Source: an uncultured Clostridia bacterium
GTDB lineage: Bacteria > Acidobacteriota > Aminicenantia > JAMOAD01
DNA: 57,565 nt
Assembly (NCBI GenBank): GCA_964634755.1
Contig: CAZWJH010000005.1
Coordinates: 1 to 57,565 of the forward strand
Direction of reading: 5' to 3'
A model generated the notes under the pieces. That model worked only from the letters and a program-made list of their open reading frames with translations. It ran no database searches and was not told the DNA's origin. The position numbers and the translations under genes are program-made. Shown here piece after piece: positions 1-9,500 of this stretch (the stretch's first letter is position 1; every line of letters begins with the position of its first letter).

Positions 1-24
1 CTCCTTATCCAGAATTAACTATAG

Positions 25-53
25 ATAATAAAAAAAAAATAAAAGCAAGTCAA
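25..53 (-). promoter_or_regulatory. sigma70-type promoter for a divergent gene starting just outside the window
   Basis: Minus strand TTGACT (53-48), 17 nt, TATTAT (30-25); AAGGAG Shine-Dalgarno at 6-1. Confidence 0.55.
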
Positions 54-124
54 ATAAAAAATCTAATTAGTTTTGAATCCTCCTCTGGTTTGTTCTTTCT
101 TTTTTATTCCTATATAATAATTTA

Positions 125-1087
125 ATGAATATACTTACTACGGGAGGTTCAGGTTTTGCCGGAAAGTATCTTTTAAAAGCTATTGTTCAAAATGGTTATA
201 ATGTTGTTAATCTTATTCACACTCATAGTTCTGAAATAGAAGGAGTAAAAGATATTAAAATTACGGAATATGAGGTTGATTTTTTTAGGAAAGTTACAAA
301 AGGAGTGGATGTTATCATCCATCTTGCCGCTGTTCTTGGAGGATCAAAAGAAAGCAATGAATATTTTTATAAAGTAAATACAGAGTTTCCCGAAAAGTTG
401 ATTGTATCTGCAATTAATTCTAATGTAAAAAAGTTTATTTACATTAGCTCCGCTGGGGTTTATGGGAGGGGGAGTAAACATTCTATAGATGAGAGCTTTT
501 TGCCTCAACCAGTGGACAGATATGAAAAAGCAAAACTTTTGGGAGAAGAGGCTGTTTTAAAATACAAAGACAAAATTAATGTTGTTGTGTTACGCCCTGG
601 ATGGATTTATGGTCCCGGAGATAAGAGAACACTCAAGTTATATAAAGCTATAAACACTGGCAAATTTTTTATTGCAGGTAAAGGTGACGAGAAACAGTCT
701 CCGATTTTTGTAAAGGATTTTGTAGATGCAATACAACTGGTAATTGAGAAGGATATTAAGTCTGGAGAGATTTTTAATATAGCAGGAGACGAGCAAATCA
801 CGATAGAACGAATGGCTGAGATTATTGCAGATATTTTAGGAAAAAAGATTCTACCGTTTAAAGTTCCTTTAACTCCTCTTATCTTTATTTCGCATATTCT
901 TGATTTTATAGATAATTTAACAGGTATCTCCTTCCCTATCACTCGATCAAGTTTAGCTTTTTTTGAGAGAAGCAAGCCTCTTTCAATTGATAAGGCAAGA
1001 AATCTTTTAGACTTTTTGCCCAAAACCGAATTTAGAGATGGTATAAGAGAAACTATAAGCTGGTATAAGGATAAAGGATTGCTTTGA
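125..1087 (+). CDS. NAD-dependent epimerase/dehydratase (extended SDR)
   Basis: TGGSGFAG Rossmann motif, HLAA, YISSAGVYG, YxxxK (YEKAK), LRPGWIYGPG. Confidence 0.9.
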   Translation: MNILTTGGSGFAGKYLLKAIVQNGYNVVNLIHTHSSEIEGVKDIKITEYEVDFFRKVTKGVDVIIHLAAVLGGSKESNEYFYKVNTEFPEKLIVSAINSNVKKFIYISSAGVYGRGSKHSIDESFLPQPVDRYEKAKLLGEEAVLKYKDKINVVVLRPGWIYGPGDKRTLKLYKAINTGKFFIAGKGDEKQSPIFVKDFVDAIQLVIEKDIKSGEIFNIAGDEQITIERMAEIIADILGKKILPFKVPLTPLIFISHILDFIDNLTGISFPITRSSLAFFERSKPLSIDKARNLLDFLPKTEFRDGIRETISWYKDKGLL

Positions 1088-1114
1088 AATTTATTTATAT
1101 GTTATATTTTTTTT

Positions 1115-1996
1115 ATGAGAATTAATGAAAAACTCATAAAAAAGATAGTAATAGAGTTAAAGAAGAGATCGGAAAGTGAACTTTCGGGGGTTTATAAATC
1201 TCTTTTTAAGGGAGAAGGGATAGAGTTTGAAAATTTGAGAGAATATACATATCTGGATGAATATAAAAATATTGAATGGAATACAAGTTCTCGTACGGGG
1301 AAGTTATATGTAAAGGAATTTAAAGAAGAAAGAAATATCCCTGTTTACATTGCTGTAGATATAAGTTCCTCCATGAATGTTTCCTTGAAAGGTAAAAACA
1401 AGATAGAATATGCGGCTGAGCTTTCTGCCATAATTGGAGCTGTTGCAATTAAAAACAGTGATCCGATTTCTCTTACACTCTTTTCTTCAACGATCGAAGC
1501 TTTTTTGCCTCCTATCAGGGATGAAAAAAGATTAATATCAAATTTTATGTTAATTTTAAAGAATAAATACAAGGAAACTGAGAGAACGGATTTTTCCGCT
1601 ATCATAGAATTCTTTTCAAATAGTGTTAAAAGAAGGTCCATAATTTTCATTATATCCGATTTTTTACCTTTTTATTTTGAAAAAAAGTTTCTAGGATTAG
1701 CTAAAAAAAATAATCTTTTTTTCATTATATTGAGAGACCCCTTTGAAGTTACTCCTCCTGATTCAGGTGTTTTTCATCTATATGATCCTGAGAACCATAT
1801 TTTTAAAGAAATAGATTTTTCAGACAAAGAAGCTTTGCACACATACAAAAGTACATATTACACGATGTATTCCCGTTTTAAAAAATCCGTTTTATCATAT
1901 GGGATTGATTTTATAGATATTATAACGGATAAAAAACCTTTTAAAGAGTTTTACTCCTATTTTAAAAAGAGATATAAAGGGGGTAAGAAAATTTGA
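1115..1996 (+). CDS. DUF58 / vWA-like protein
   Basis: GEGIEFENLREYT..DEYKNIEWN, YVKEFKEERN, MIDAS-like DISSSM, IISDF: typical of DUF58. Confidence 0.85.
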   Translation: MRINEKLIKKIVIELKKRSESELSGVYKSLFKGEGIEFENLREYTYLDEYKNIEWNTSSRTGKLYVKEFKEERNIPVYIAVDISSSMNVSLKGKNKIEYAAELSAIIGAVAIKNSDPISLTLFSSTIEAFLPPIRDEKRLISNFMLILKNKYKETERTDFSAIIEFFSNSVKRRSIIFIISDFLPFYFEKKFLGLAKKNNLFFIILRDPFEVTPPDSGVFHLYDPENHIFKEIDFSDKEALHTYKSTYYTMYSRFKKSVLSYGIDFIDIITDKKPFKEFYSYFKKRYKGGKKI

Positions 1997-3585
1997 ATGT
2001 TGATGAGAAAACAGAAATTTCTTTTTATATATTTCTTTTAGGATTTTTAACATCGGGTTTTTTTTCTATTTATGTTAGATTTTTTCTTGTAAATTTTGCT
2101 TTTAATATTGATAAAACTCTTTTTGTTTTATTTATATCTTTACTCTTTCTTCTGGGAGGCTTTTCTATAAAAAGGACAAACATTCAGGAAAAGGATTTTA
2201 AAAATTATATTCTTTGGAACTTTTTTGGATTTTATCTTGTTTTATATGTTTTGAGTTTACAAATTACCTTAAGTCCCTCTTTAATTAATATAAGGAAGAT
2301 CTTCTTCTTTTCCCTTTTGACTCTTCCTCTGCCCTTCTTTTTTTCCGGAGTTGTGCTTAGAAAAATTGTGAAGAGTAAAGAGGAATTTTTTAGCTCAACA
2401 AAACTCTTATTAGTTTCCTTTGCGCTTTCTCCTCTTTTTATATTTTTTATTCTCTCAAAAAAACTTAACTTTTGGTTTTCGGGGGGGGCCCTTGGAATAA
2501 TTTACATCGGCTTTCTTATAGTTTTTATAGAAAAAGGGAAAAGGAGATTAATCCCCATTTTATTTGTTGTTCCTATTTTTGCCTTCATGATTGTTGGGAA
2601 TAAAGCAATCTTAAAAAAAATGGCATCTCCTTATAAACCGAATTTGTACTTTGAATCAGAACAGGGAACTTATTTTATTGTTTTTAGAGATAAAAAGGTA
2701 ATTTTTTACAAAAACCTTTTTCTTTTGCACTCTTTTCCGTTTAAGGGGAGTTCTTGTAAAGAAAAAGTTTTAAAAATCATAAGAAATTCAAAGAAAAATA
2801 TGGGAAGTGTTTTAATAATCGGAGAAAATCCTAAAATAGTGGATATCTTTTTTTCTGCAGGGCTTTTCAAAATCTATTATTCATTTGAAGATAAAGGGTT
2901 AAAAGAAAATATCCTTTATAATTATCCTTCCATTGTAGTTTATCTTAAAAAAGCCGGGGTAAAAATTTTAAATGATAATGCTTTTTTATTTTTAAAGAAA
3001 GACTCTGTTAAGTTTGATTTAATTTTATTTAATATTAATTTGCAGAATTTTGAAGGTATATATAAAGAAAAATATTGTTGTCTTTTAAAAAAATCATTAA
3101 AGAATGATGGAATGATTATTGTAGAGACAGAAGATAATATTAGTAAAGTATACAATAAAAAAGAATTAATTTTTAAATTTAAAAAATATTATTTATTACT
3201 ATTTTTGTTCTTAGGTATAATACCTATTATTCTCCCATTTTTTATTAGAGGAAAAAGAACTCTCTCTTTTTCTCTCTTGAGTGGCTTTATTTTGAATTAC
3301 TTTTTAGCAATGAAACTGTTTTCATTATTATCAGAAAAGCTGTATTCTTATTCCTCTCTTTTACTTTTTATTATCCTCTCTTCCTATTATATTTCCCTTT
3401 TATTTTTTGAGGCTTTTAAACCTTCTATTATTAAAATATCATTATTTTCTTTGCTCTTTTTATTTCTTGTCCTTATCTTCTCTTTATTTTTATATTTAAT
3501 TGCTTTTTTTATATCTCTTTTCTTTTATTCTTTTTTCTATTTTCCTTTGTATTTTAAAAGAATTGCAGGTACAAGCGGGTTTTGA
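1993..3585 (+). CDS. Multi-pass membrane protein with a central degenerate spermidine-synthase/methyltransferase-like domain
   Basis: TM-rich termini; central VLIIGE...LNDNAFLFLKK..KFDLILFN resembles the fused MFS/spermidine synthase family. TTG start overlaps the DUF58 stop. Confidence 0.55.
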   Translation: MNVDEKTEISFYIFLLGFLTSGFFSIYVRFFLVNFAFNIDKTLFVLFISLLFLLGGFSIKRTNIQEKDFKNYILWNFFGFYLVLYVLSLQITLSPSLINIRKIFFFSLLTLPLPFFFSGVVLRKIVKSKEEFFSSTKLLLVSFALSPLFIFFILSKKLNFWFSGGALGIIYIGFLIVFIEKGKRRLIPILFVVPIFAFMIVGNKAILKKMASPYKPNLYFESEQGTYFIVFRDKKVIFYKNLFLLHSFPFKGSSCKEKVLKIIRNSKKNMGSVLIIGENPKIVDIFFSAGLFKIYYSFEDKGLKENILYNYPSIVVYLKKAGVKILNDNAFLFLKKDSVKFDLILFNINLQNFEGIYKEKYCCLLKKSLKNDGMIIVETEDNISKVYNKKELIFKFKKYYLLLFLFLGIIPIILPFFIRGKRTLSFSLLSGFILNYFLAMKLFSLLSEKLYSYSSLLLFIILSSYYISLLFFEAFKPSIIKISLFSLLFLFLVLIFSLFLYLIAFFISLFFYSFFYFPLYFKRIAGTSGF

Positions 3586-4445
3586 TAAGCTTTTCTTAAT
3601 AACTTCTGTCCCTCTTTGGAAATAAGGAATTTAACAAATTTTTCTGCTTTTTCCCTGTTTGGTGCTTTATTTAGAATACTTATTCCGTAAACTACGGATT
3701 TTCCATGTATCGTAACCTTTTTACCGCCTTTTTTAGTAAGCTCCACTTTTGCGGTTTTGTAAAAGTTTTCGTATTTAGGAGAGCTTAAATTTATCTTTTG
3801 AGGCAAAGGTACAAAAGGCAATTTGTGTTGAAGGGCAACAGAGCTGTACTCAAAAGCAGCATCCAACTCTCCTGTTTCAAGAAGGGCAAGAAGCTCCACT
3901 GATTTAGGCCTTATCCATTTATTGCCGATTTTTTTTCTCATTTTTTGATAAAAACCCTTTTCATTGTAATATTTTTCTGCAAGCTGCATAACCATAAGTG
4001 ATCTGTAGCCACAAGGGTCAAGCTCAGGATCCGAGTGCCCTATCATAAAATCCTTTTTCTGGATTATTTTGTACCAATTATCTTTGTTTATTTTCTCTAT
4101 CCATTTTGATTCGGGACTTATTGTAATTACTATTTCATTTGTGGCAAATTCATAGAGAGAGTCTGCAAACTTTGGAAACATCATTGTTTTTATCAACCTG
4201 TAATCTGCTGAAGCCACTATATCAGGAGTTTTCCCGAGCTCTGTTACTCTTCTTATTATTCCTCTTGAACCTCCGGACTCCGTGTAAACTTTAATTCCTG
4301 TTTTTTCAGTAAATTTTTTTGAAATAATTTTAAATGGATATGAGAGAGAACCCGCATGAAAAATTGTGATACTCTTCCCTCCCGCTGAAAATAGAAGAGA
4401 AAGTGAAACCAAAAAAATTGTTAAAATGCTTAAAAATTTTTTCAT
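3537..4445 (-). CDS. wtpA: Tungstate/molybdate ABC transporter substrate-binding protein (WtpA type)
   Basis: Signal peptide; IFHAGSL, ESGGS, DIVASAD, SDPELDPCGYRS, DAAFEYSSVA, YGISIL motifs. Confidence 0.85.
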   Translation of the reverse strand: MKKFLSILTIFLVSLSLLFSAGGKSITIFHAGSLSYPFKIISKKFTEKTGIKVYTESGGSRGIIRRVTELGKTPDIVASADYRLIKTMMFPKFADSLYEFATNEIVITISPESKWIEKINKDNWYKIIQKKDFMIGHSDPELDPCGYRSLMVMQLAEKYYNEKGFYQKMRKKIGNKWIRPKSVELLALLETGELDAAFEYSSVALQHKLPFVPLPQKINLSSPKYENFYKTAKVELTKKGGKKVTIHGKSVVYGISILNKAPNREKAEKFVKFLISKEGQKLLRKAYQNPLVPAILLKYKGK

Positions 4446-4448
4446 TAA

Positions 4449-4552
4449 ATCCTCCTTTCCTAAAATTGGGAGGCAAGGCCGTTTCCAGCTTTACCCTATC
4501 GGTCGGAAAGCATAGCATTTAGCCGTAGCCTTGCCGACTCGGAGTTTTTCAA
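4449..4552 (-). ncRNA. Moco/Tuco riboswitch (molybdenum/tungsten cofactor RNA motif)
   Basis: Minus strand ACTCCGAG...AGGGT..GCTG-GAAA-CGGC..GCCTCCC-AATTTTA-GGAAAGGAGG matches the Moco motif 3' consensus. P1 (ACTCC/GGAG) overlaps the wtpA RBS. Confidence 0.8.
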
Positions 4553-4684
4553 ATAAATAAAAAATTCTATCATAAAAGATTTTTTATTCAAAGGAAAATT
4601 CTAAGAAAATTATTAATAGAGATATTCGTTTGTTTATGGGATTTAAAATATTGATTTTTTTCTGTTTTTTTGCAATACTGAAAT

Positions 4685-5383
4685 ATGAAAAGAGTTGGAA
4701 TTATAGGTGGTATGAGCTGGCAATCGACAATAGAGTATTATAGGGGGCTTAATGCACTTTCAGAAAAGTATGGCGATGGTTTTAGCACAATTGACATTAT
4801 TATTTACTCACTTAACTTTAAAGATGTGGAAAATTTTCAGAGACTCAATGATTGGGATAGTATAGAAAAATTGGTTTCGCTTGCAGCAGTAAATCTTGAA
4901 AGGGCTGGAGCGGATTTTTTAATAATAGCTTCAAATACGATTCATAAAATTTTGCCTTATTTGAAAATGAGAGTGGAGATACCATTTTTAAGCATAATTG
5001 ATGCTGTCGGAGATGAGATTAATAGAAGAGGGGGGAAAAAAGTGGCACTTTTCGGGACAAGATTTATAATGGAAGAAAAATTTTATATTCACGGGCTTAA
5101 AGAGAAAACCAATGCTGAGATTATAGTCCCTGAAAAAAAAGATAGGAATACAATTGACAGAATAATTTTTGAGGAGCTTACCAAGGATATAATAAATGAT
5201 AAATCGAAAAAAGTGCTTTTGAATATCATAAAAAAATTAAAAAAAGAGGGGGCTGATGGAGTTATACTTGGGTGTACTGAACTTCTTTCAATTATCTCTC
5301 AAGAAATATCCCCGATTTCTGTTTTTGATTCAACAAATATTCATATCAAAAAAACCTTTGAATTTGCATTAAAAGATAATTGA
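4685..5383 (+). CDS. Aspartate/glutamate (amino-acid) racemase family, YgeA/RacX-like
   Basis: GIIGGMSWQST, GADFLIIASNTIH, GVILGCTEL. The first catalytic position reads S-N-T (Cys replaced), the second Cys is retained. Confidence 0.88.
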   Translation: MKRVGIIGGMSWQSTIEYYRGLNALSEKYGDGFSTIDIIIYSLNFKDVENFQRLNDWDSIEKLVSLAAVNLERAGADFLIIASNTIHKILPYLKMRVEIPFLSIIDAVGDEINRRGGKKVALFGTRFIMEEKFYIHGLKEKTNAEIIVPEKKDRNTIDRIIFEELTKDIINDKSKKVLLNIIKKLKKEGADGVILGCTELLSIISQEISPISVFDSTNIHIKKTFEFALKDN

Positions 5384-5405
5384 AGAGAATAAAAGGAGAG
5401 TGGAG

Positions 5406-6284
5406 ATGAAAAAAATATTAAATTTTTTGTTTTTAACACTTTTTTTGTTCTCATTTTGTTTAGCTGCTTCTGTTAATGAGAGAGAAAGAGAGGGTCTTTC
5501 TCTTGCTCATAAGGCTAAAACAATTGCGGGTGGTGGAAATTTCAAAGAAGCTTTTGAGCTTTATGATAAGGCAGCAAAAATCTTTAAGGAATTAATGGCA
5601 AAAAAGCCAGATAATCCTAACCATGTTCAAAATTATAAACACTGTATAGAGATGCCAGGATACATTCAGCTTATGGAGGCTATCAAATATGAAAAAAAAG
5701 GGGATAGTGAGAATGCTGCCAAATACTTTAAAGCTGCTATGGAAATATATGGTAAAATTTCGAAAGAGTTCCCCAAACAAAAGAGTTTTGAGAATAATTA
5801 TAAGTATGCTAAACATCACTGGTATGCTGAAAAATTCAAAGAGCTTGAGGGAAGAAAAGGAAAGGCTTTTGATTTTTATGCGTTGAAAATACCGATCGGG
5901 CTTATAAAATTGCATGATTTTAAAGGTAAAGTAGTGCTTCTTGAGTTCTGGGTATCATGGTGCCCTGAGAGTCGAAAGAGTCTTTTTATGCTTGATAAAA
6001 TTTACAAAAAGTATAAAGATAAAGGGCTTGTTGTGATTGCACTTTCAATGGATAAAGTTGGAGGGTATTTTAGAGAAGGTGGCCCAGAAAGAGCAGCTAA
6101 GCTTTCAAAAGGACACAAATATTTGTTTGGTTGGAGTGCTCCGACAATATCTGATGAATACGGTTATATTGATGCTGTCCCAAAAGTGTTTTTAATTGAT
6201 AAAAACGGTAATATATACAAAAGATTATCTGAAAAAGAGAGAACGGAAGAGAATATATCAAAGATCATTGAAAAATTGCTTTAA
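5406..6284 (+). CDS. Exported TPR-like + TlpA/thioredoxin-fold protein (CxxS)
   Basis: Signal peptide; helical repeats; LHDFKGKVVLLEFWVSWCPES...GLVVIALSMD...VPKVFLIDKNG. ATG 5406 preferred because of SD AAAGGAG. Confidence 0.75.
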   Translation: MKKILNFLFLTLFLFSFCLAASVNEREREGLSLAHKAKTIAGGGNFKEAFELYDKAAKIFKELMAKKPDNPNHVQNYKHCIEMPGYIQLMEAIKYEKKGDSENAAKYFKAAMEIYGKISKEFPKQKSFENNYKYAKHHWYAEKFKELEGRKGKAFDFYALKIPIGLIKLHDFKGKVVLLEFWVSWCPESRKSLFMLDKIYKKYKDKGLVVIALSMDKVGGYFREGGPERAAKLSKGHKYLFGWSAPTISDEYGYIDAVPKVFLIDKNGNIYKRLSEKERTEENISKIIEKLL

Positions 6285-6292
6285 TCTTCATA

Positions 6293-6477
6293 AAGCTGAA
6301 CAGCAGACCAGCCGTTCCAGCTGAGCAGCGAAATTGTTCTGCTCTGTTGTCCCAAAAAGGTTTACAGGATTGTATGCTGTATGCAATAGAAAGAAAAGGA
6401 ATGCAAAGAAATATCAAGAAACAGATAACTAATATTTTGCTGGAACAGCTGAGAGCTGGTCGGCTTTGTGAAAGCTT
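6293..6477. repeat. Degenerate octamer (N-GARCAGC-like) repeat with imperfect inverted arms
   Basis: tgaacagc agaccagc cgttccagc tgagcagc at 6297-6329; mirror gctggaac..gctggtc at 6439-6461. Confidence 0.6.
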
Positions 6478-6524
6478 AAAAAAATGTTTTACACTTTTAA
6501 TTATTATGGTAAGATATCTAAATA

Positions 6525-9500
6525 ATGAAAAGTTTTAAGTCCATAATTAAAAGCTCTCTTTTTATTTCAGGAGGTACTCTTTTAACAAGACTACTTGGTT
6601 TTGTAAGGGAAATTCTTGCTGCAACTTACTTTGGTAGTGGAAAGCTCTATGATGCTTTTATAATTGCCTTCTCGGTCCCAAACCTTTTCAGAAGAGTTTT
6701 GGGAGAGGAGATGTTTGAAAGAGCTTTTCTTCCTCCTTTTAAAAGGCTTCTCAGCGAAAGCAAAGAAGTGAGAGCTAAAAGATTTTTAATCAAAGCATTT
6801 TTAATTACACTTTTAATCTCTTTAATACTTTTGGCCATACTTTATATTTTTATGCCTCCTCTTATTAAGCTCCTTGCTCCGGGGATGGATCATCAGACTT
6901 TTCTTCTTACTGTTTCCCTTGCTAAAATAATAGCTCCTTTTTTGGTGTTAATTGCAGTGTCCACATTTTTAGGCGCTATCCTTCTTTTTAGCGGAAAAAG
7001 TATAATTTACAGTACTGCTCCCGGTATTATGAATCTTTTAGTTATAATTTTTATGATAATTTTTCATGGTAAAATTGGAATAAAAACGATGGTTTATGCC
7101 TATTTGTTAGGCGCTCTGGGATTTATTATTTATCAAATACCAGCTCTTTTTAAGATAAAAAAAGAAATTGACAAAAAAATAGAAAGAAAAGAGAGTGTAA
7201 GAGTAGGAAAATCCTTTGTTGAAGCTGGAAAGGTGCTTTTATCCTCTATTATTACTAAGAGTGTACAAGTGGTTGATAGGGTAGTGGCATCTCTTATAGG
7301 CGCAGGAGCAATATCATCACTCTGGTATAGTTTCAGAATAATAAATCTTCCGTTTTCAATTTTATCCCTTTCACTTTCACGAAGCATTGCTCCAGAGCTT
7401 TCCAAGATGAGAGGGAAAAAGGATAAGAAAGGATTTAAAGATATAATTGGTTTTGGTATTGATTTGAATCTTATAATTTTGTTCCCTGTAACCCTTTTTA
7501 TTCTCTTTTTTTCAAAAGAAATAGTAGCTCTTTTTTACAAAAGAGGAATGTTTGGGAATACTGCTGTCTCGGAAACCTCTCTTGCTCTTTTTTATTATTC
7601 CTTATCACTTTTGCCAAGCGGATTTATAGCTCTTTTCACAAGAGTTTACTCTTCTCTTGAGGATAACAAACTTCCTCTTTATGCATCCTTTTGGGCTGGT
7701 GGAATTAATATTTTCCTTGATTTTATCCTTTACAGAACTCCTTTAAAACAGGGTGGGATTGCTCTTGCGACTGCAATCGCATTGATAGTTCAGTCTTTAA
7801 TACTATTTTTTTATCTTTCAAAGTATGGGATAAAAATTGAATACAGAAGAGTTTTAAGTACTATTGGGAAACTTATCTTTGCTTCTTTTTTCTATATTCC
7901 TTCCTTGTGGATTTTTAAACTCTTCACTTCTAAGGTAAAAAGCCTTTGGAGTATGCTCTTTTTGCTTGGATTAGCCTTTTTAATATCTTTCTCTATTTAC
8001 GGAATAATTGTTTACGGATTCTGGCGGAAAAGGTATTCGAAGAAAAAAAAGGTTATTCTTACAGGTGGTGGAACGGGTGGTCATGTTTACCCTTCACTTT
8101 CAATATATGAAATCTTAAAAAAGAGAGATTTTGTAGGAGATGTTTTATATCTTGGGATAAGGGGAAGAGCTGAGGAAGTAATAGTCCCTCGAAAGGGTAT
8201 AAGGCTTGAGTTTATAACTTCTTCTCCTTTTTCAGGAAATAAGTTTAAAGTATTGCTTAAGCTTTTTAAAGGGACTCTTGAGGCGATAATTAAAATCATC
8301 AAATTCAAACCGCACATTGTTGTTGCAACTGGAGGATATGTTTCAGCCCCTGTGGTTTTTGGTGCATTTTTGTTAAAGCCATTTTTTAAAATAAAAATAA
8401 TAATTGAAGAGCAAAACTTTGTTCCCGGACTTTTAAATAAACTTACATCTTTAATGGCTAATGTTGTTTTTGTTAATTATCGTGAAACATCTTATTTTAT
8501 CTGGAGTAACCGCTGTGTTCTCGCAGGTTATCCTTTGAGGGATGATTATTACAAAGATTATAATAAATTTGTAATAAGGAGAAAGTTAGGCATCCCTGAG
8601 AATAAATTCTTTATTTTAATTACGGGAGGCTCCCTCGGGGCAAGAAGCATAAACAGAGTTACAGCTTTTTCAATGAAAAAACTTATGGAAAATGAAAATT
8701 ATCACATAGTTCATTCATTGGGTCTTGCCTCTTATGATTATTATGATTCTTATGAGGATACAAAAGAGATTCTAAAAAAGGAGCTTGGTGGACTTTTTGA
8801 TGAAAAAAAATTTGAAGTGAAAGAGGAAAATGGTTTTTATTATAAGGGGGAGAGATTTATTCACAATATTGTTGATTATCAAAAAGCTGCTGATTTAATA
8901 ATAAGCAGAGCAGGAGCAGGGGCTATTTCGGAGATTTCCGCTCTTGGGAAAGCTTCCGTTCTTATTCCGAAAAGAGGGCTTCCGGGAGATCATCAGGAGT
9001 TGAATGCAATAAATTTGGTGGAAAAAGAAGCAGCCGAGATAATATTTGAAAAAATTGATTTTAAGAGTGAAATTGATTACATAGATTGTGGTGAGTTTGT
9101 AAAGACCATAAGCTCTCTTGAAAAGAGCAAAGAAAAATTATCACTTCTTGAAAAAAATATAAAACAGTTTTCAATAAAAGAATCAGACAAGATTATTGCT
9201 GATACTGTTGAAGCTGTTTTTGAAGAAAAAGAGATAAATTATATTTTTGAGATTGTTGAACCAAAGTTTGTAAAATTTACAAGGCAATTTGACAGCCTTA
9301 TTCTGTATCTTGACAAAAATATCAAGGAAAAAGGCTTGAATAATCTTTATGCTAAGCTCTACAATAATAAAATAGAAGAGTACATGAGATCAGAAAATTA
9401 TCTTATTGTGAACAGAGCGGTAAAATTAATAGGAAGTTTAAGAAGAGAGGATCTTTACCCTTGGCTCTATGAAAATTTTACCAATTTTAAGGGGTTTTTA

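Noticed and set aside
5950-5980. Selenocysteine in the TlpA redox motif
   Set aside because: Codons are TGC-CCT-GAG-AGT; there is no in-frame TGA.
6347-6538. 63-aa ORF upstream of murJ-murG
   Set aside because: Lies within the repeat element and promoter and overlaps the real start; no family features.
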